This document shows, in pieces, positions 55,901-58,847 of a stretch of 58,847 bases of DNA. The notes under the pieces were generated by a model. The model was given only the letters and a program-made list of their open reading frames with translations, did no database searches and was not told the DNA's origin. The position numbers and the translations under genes were made by a program. Source of the DNA: a virus (lineage: Duplodnaviria > Caudoviricetes); the IMG/VR virus record IMGVR_UViG_3300009124_000013, positions 1-58,847 of that record; one strand, written 5' to 3'. How positions within the stretch are numbered: position 1 is the first letter of the stretch; the number at the start of each line of letters is the position of its first letter.

Positions 55901-57343
55901 ATCTAATCCAACAACATTAAAGCGACGAACACCAAAATCTGCATCTGCTGAGCGTCTTCTATAATCATAGATGTAATCATTCAACATAATATGGTTGTAG
56001 TAAAATCTACCAAGTGCCGTATCTGCAAAGGTAATAGTATTACCCTGAATGGCGAATTCTGCACTATTAAGAGTTAACTTGTGGTGAATAGAATTGATAT
56101 ATGTCTTTTGATCTCTTCTATCCCATGCATAGAATCTAAAGAATCCAAAGTATGCATTGTTAGAGGTAACCTCTGGTACAGTAGTGATATCTACATTCTT
56201 TAAGTTGAAATCTTTAGTGACTTCAACGAAGAATTGATTGACACTGTTAGGTTCACCTGTAACATAACGGGTGAACATTTTATATTGCTTTGATACCAGA
56301 GGTCCTTTCTTTGCCTCAATATATGCAATATCATCAGTTGCAATATTGATAGCATCATCAAGAGTTACTTCAATAAAGGTTCTAGAAGTATCTTGTAGGA
56401 TACCTAACAGAGTATCAACCCAGGTTCTTGCTGTACTACCTATTGCTAATGAGTTTCGATATGTCGTTAAAGAAGTAATAGTTGCTGATGGGATTCTACC
56501 ATAAGACAATCCAGTAGATGATGGAGTATTGGGGTCTTGGAATTTGAATACAGTAGATCCAGTTGTTCTAAGATAGAATCTAGTTCTGCCTGACGTAACT
56601 GCTTTAAAGAATCCTTTCCAATTTACACCACCAAACAGAGAGAGGAATGTATCTCTGACTTTGTTACCATATACAAACTGACCACGTTCCCAGAAGTTAT
56701 CGGACTCTGTTAACTCTTCACCAGTAACAGAATCAAATACTCCATTGAGGATGAGATCACCATTTGAGAATGCATAATCTTGTAAGTATTGGAACCCATT
56801 GACAATGCCAGAGGTATGGGTTAAATTGTTTGCAGTCGTAGCATCAGTAAGAACAGCTCTATAAACTCTGTTCTGTGAGGTTCTAATGACATCACCATAC
56901 TCATAAACCCTATTAAGAACTAATAGGTCTGGTGTAATAATAATATTCTCTGAATCATAATAAATTGCATTTGGACCATCACCACCATAGAAGAATGGTT
57001 CACCAGTAGTAAAGTATGCAGTATCTAATCTATTCTTAATCTTAATAAGAGGAAGATAGATGTCTGGGTTAGTATCTTCATCAATCAGGGGCAACCCTGT
57101 AGTAGGATCAATAGTTGTTTGAGTAAACTCTACAGCAATACCATCCAGGGTATTAAATGTGTCTGCTGTAATATCAGTAACATAAATGTCTTTGATTGGA
57201 TCTAAATCTCTGACCGAGAATACTTCACCACCAGACATACTATCTGTTGCCAGGATGTTACCTAACGCAGTTTCTGGACTCAACAGATCACTGAGGTTGA
57301 AATCTCGTCTTAGACCAATTCTATTAAATAACTTTACTGCCAT
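52985..57343 (-). CDS. giant structural protein, convergent orientation
   Basis: NLSDL..PETAL.N N-terminus, PA14-like WKGFF..SG...F stretch; late promoters upstream. Confidence 0.75.
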   Translation of the reverse strand: MAVKLFNRIGLRRDFNLSDLLSPETALGNILATDSMSGGEVFSVRDLDPIKDIYVTDITADTFNTLDGIAVEFTQTTIDPTTGLPLIDEDTNPDIYLPLIKIKNRLDTAYFTTGEPFFYGGDGPNAIYYDSENIIITPDLLVLNRVYEYGDVIRTSQNRVYRAVLTDATTANNLTHTSGIVNGFQYLQDYAFSNGDLILNGVFDSVTGEELTESDNFWERGQFVYGNKVRDTFLSLFGGVNWKGFFKAVTSGRTRFYLRTTGSTVFKFQDPNTPSSTGLSYGRIPSATITSLTTYRNSLAIGSTARTWVDTLLGILQDTSRTFIEVTLDDAINIATDDIAYIEAKKGPLVSKQYKMFTRYVTGEPNSVNQFFVEVTKDFNLKNVDITTVPEVTSNNAYFGFFRFYAWDRRDQKTYINSIHHKLTLNSAEFAIQGNTITFADTALGRFYYNHIMLNDYIYDYRRRSADADFGVRRFNVVGLDDSTRQVTCSITQDYNENVTNYTTVDGSGNNDQQARHTPFSFEGGTTGTAITTTYQTGNLSDAIDATTPTNNLFFVGRYAEQTPRTKFITIEQFLPAYEEYAFDWTYYTRDDDVPNAGQVQEKAWVLWMASETSGYGPLNYKYLYDINYKFFQIGDFKVFLDNSVPYGGTSRESGIDQRAFGGEQLLSAGDQYNLFYSTLPVQSTYVPPVKYNDSVYQLTGTFVNNSRLVSLNTAVNAEIGSYITLRDGRNLYEDYFFSTGTRITEQLSSGVGGNDVVLSKNTLQSGSSINVLVYNHRGLVTPLFVPYKGDGDTDSTFLGFNDTLPTNTCIFPFGTYSVNGAAVTFNSGDATTTVSGITFTSTANGASISGPGIGQVFKYRGDVSEVQLGMVFVSSQDPSDQTEYRRVLNLVPSGTTDKGEVWLNRPYTTIGGDLLGAVYYDRGIDITKPLETYCNNTNCAQNSYKTVTVTDANTGESALVTNINTRYVALHYSNPSGTAQDLDDLWTETLQTGWYRNTQTTGSSSAAWWVDDNLTAVAPNVAFSQSANPTRRFKDNVVSIRLVSNTSDTAVYLEQLGFNNLKNQTTSYIPFGTIEGALRIIGDGILGTTTNSTKYYLIVKLFDEVYVNTDTTTDENGNVLDKVLNWTEVASSSLTISNYEISSDASQTVTQNAGLGDYTELNFRYNDYVTNNTRADTFSQITGTYTLTATQAETIFHNWRSIPVNGNGPNRILTSGQYVRYHEVNGTRKLMWFKSFAGAAFVSDGNTNTGGITPYNLLTNTQKTNSGNQRIANLINLQPSYRDFRITGSTPTYDYIQYRNKTYELVRANSVIEERLPFIRMFHPNTTRTGATQYLQNTTNQRSVYTFAQGSAILSGSAVTFNKELCCPPLDTSPPFDSSPLGLATTVNEPDMTMGGKLNVRSIRATHPVLNIQSLGTTALGNLPVDKKLRVNFGGTFYDMLIGSSDPNNIF

Positions 57344-57354
57344 GAGTAGAGGGG

Positions 57355-57407
57355 TTGCCTTTTCCCACTATTTATGGTATACTCATTTAGTCAACCCGTT
57401 ATTTATA
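57355..57407. promoter_or_regulatory. overlapping divergent early (+) and late (-) promoters
   Basis: + strand TTGCCT-N17-TATACT (57355-57383); - strand ATAAATA (57369-57375) and TATAAATA (57400-57407). Confidence 0.65.
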
Positions 57408-57637
57408 TGGACTTCGCAAAGTATCTCGCAAATCTTGAAAACCAATTGAAGATGGTCAACTCTGACATCATGGAGAAGGAAGAAGAACTCCAGAAGTTAA
57501 GAGAGTTTCGCTCTCAAGTCAAAGGTGGCATTGAAGTGGTGAAGCAGATTGAATCTGATTCTGAATCCAAACCATCGGCACCTGTTCAACTACAACAGGA
57601 GATCAGGAACACAGTCAAAGAGATGACAGAAGAGTAA
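57407..57637 (+). CDS. coiled-coil hypothetical protein
   Basis: MDFAKYLANLENQL...; first ATG after the promoter. Confidence 0.7.
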   Translation: MDFAKYLANLENQLKMVNSDIMEKEEELQKLREFRSQVKGGIEVVKQIESDSESKPSAPVQLQQEIRNTVKEMTEE

Positions 57638-57681
57638 CTGTCACACACCCCCTTGACCTAGGTCACCACTCGGAGTATATT
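57624..57681 (+). promoter_or_regulatory. early promoter with upstream inverted repeat
   Basis: TGACAG-N8-CTGTCA, then TTGACC-N17-TATATT. Confidence 0.75.
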
Positions 57682-57739
57682 ACTCGTGTTGATTGGCACA
57701 CGCCTCAAATCAACACCAAGTACTTTGCTATTTTTACTA

Positions 57740-58723
57740 ATGTTTTACCAAGTCGATCGTCCTTGCGGTGTTCCTGATGCTAAATGGTGGGAGCAAAACT
57801 GCAAGGTGAAATCCTTTCGTACCGTTAATCCTATTGGATTCAAGGTTCGTCCTATCACTGAACTGAATAATGAGAATGAAGCAGGTCAGAAACTGAACCC
57901 AGCACGTTCTCAAGGCATTGATTATAAAAATGTTCAGGCACTGCAAGAGAGTTTTATCAGTCGAGGATTTGATACAACTAAGATGCCTCCGATTGTATTA
58001 CCTGATGGTCAAATTGTCGATGGCAATACCCGAGTAGAGTCACTTCGCAATGCTGACTATGGATTCGTATGTGTCTATGAAGTAGAAATCAAAGATGGAT
58101 ATACCATTGATGATGTGTATGACGAGATCGGTCTTGGTATGAACAATCACTTGTCATCCAAAGCGATGCAACCAAGTGATTGTGAGAAGCGTCTGGCACT
58201 CTTCTTTAATCGTATGGGTGAAGAAAGTGTCGAAATGGGTATGAACTGGTTCACTACCTTTGATCATCCTTACACCCAGGATACTGTGCGTAGCATGGTC
58301 GAGAAGGTTATTGCTAGAAAGCGTTGTGAAGATACCATGTCACCATTCAAGGCACAAACTGCTAAAGAGTGGTTGAAGAGAAATGGCAAGAATACTGATG
58401 TTGTTATTCTTAACTACTCTAACACAAAGCGTAGCAGGGAAACTTATATTCTTCGTGCTATGAAGGAGGTCCTTGATCACTTCAATGAAACCTCCGAGAT
58501 TCTCCCGATCGTTCCATTCTTGAGTGGGTACGAAGCAGAGGAAGCAGATGCTGCACGAAAGGAAGCTATGGTTCAGGCAAAGATCTTTAATAAAGTATTC
58601 AACAATGTTGGTGTTCTTATTAAAGAAGCACACTCCAAGGGTGAAGATTTTGAAATTTTGAAGATCAAATCCTGGATGCCACAGGTTACTGGCAAGGAAA
58701 CTGACCTTGTGGCAGTTCAATAA
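57740..58723 (+). CDS. ParB/Srx-like N-terminal domain protein
   Basis: L..SF...GF....PPIV....IVDGNTR..L. Confidence 0.7.
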   Translation: MFYQVDRPCGVPDAKWWEQNCKVKSFRTVNPIGFKVRPITELNNENEAGQKLNPARSQGIDYKNVQALQESFISRGFDTTKMPPIVLPDGQIVDGNTRVESLRNADYGFVCVYEVEIKDGYTIDDVYDEIGLGMNNHLSSKAMQPSDCEKRLALFFNRMGEESVEMGMNWFTTFDHPYTQDTVRSMVEKVIARKRCEDTMSPFKAQTAKEWLKRNGKNTDVVILNYSNTKRSRETYILRAMKEVLDHFNETSEILPIVPFLSGYEAEEADAARKEAMVQAKIFNKVFNNVGVLIKEAHSKGEDFEILKIKSWMPQVTGKETDLVAVQ

Positions 58724-58766
58724 GTGCCATGCGCTCCTTGACGGGGCGCTTTTTTTTGTGTATTAT
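58710..58766 (+). promoter_or_regulatory. inverted repeat plus fused terminator/early promoter
   Basis: TGGCAG-N8-GTGCCA; GCGCTCC-TTGAC-GGGGCGC-T8; TTGACG-N17-TATTAT. Confidence 0.8.
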
Positions 58767-58792
58767 TACTAGGTAATCAAGGGAACACCACC

Positions 58793-58847
58793 ATGACCAA
58801 CACCACCCTGACTGCTGAGAAGGTCGCTGACTACACCGTCATGCTGT
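58793..58847 (+). CDS. 5' end of early gene (truncated)
   Basis: MTNTTLTAEKVADYTVML; AAGGGA RBS after the promoter. Confidence 0.6.
   Translation, partial: MTNTTLTAEKVADYTVML

Noticed and set aside
28691-57343. Diversity-generating retroelement or invertase shufflon acting on fibres
   Set aside because: No reverse transcriptase or recombinase in the window, and no ~100-bp adenine-variant repeat pair noticed by eye; a dot-plot would be needed to exclude it fully.

Overview
Segment of a T4-like marine cyanomyovirus (Kyanoviridae-type, probably a Synechococcus phage); all calls are made by eye from motifs and synteny, without database searches. 1-5 kb: accessory region with a run of tiny membrane proteins including an NdhP homologue, tandem glutamine-riboswitch-like RNAs ahead of two YRGV (DUF4278-like) peptides, an HExxH protein, an AbrB-like protein, a 2OG-Fe(II) oxygenase, tRNA-Ser and a small outer-membrane beta-barrel. 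5-11.8 kb: core nrdC-thyX-phoH-exonuclease-gp33-gp59-gp32 block. 11.8-25.8 kb: baseplate/head-completion block (gp53, gp48, gp2, gp4, gp54-like, gp26, gp51, two tape-measure-like muralytic proteins, hub, split gp5) with cp12 inserted. 25.8-28.6 kb: five more tRNAs, a second 2OG oxygenase and talC. 28.7-57.3 kb: seven giant virion fibre/appendage genes. The window ends in sigma70-type early promoters and a ParB-like gene. Strongest leads: (i) a riboswitch-like fold whose P2 stem is made of the start and stop codon regions of a 61-aa ORF nested in its loop; (ii) a probable -1 programmed frameshift fusing gp26 to gp51; (iii) terminator hairpins whose loops are the -35 box of the next promoter; (iv) a modular fibre cluster with LRR, beta-helix and paralogous proteins that share exact 20-21 bp repeats.
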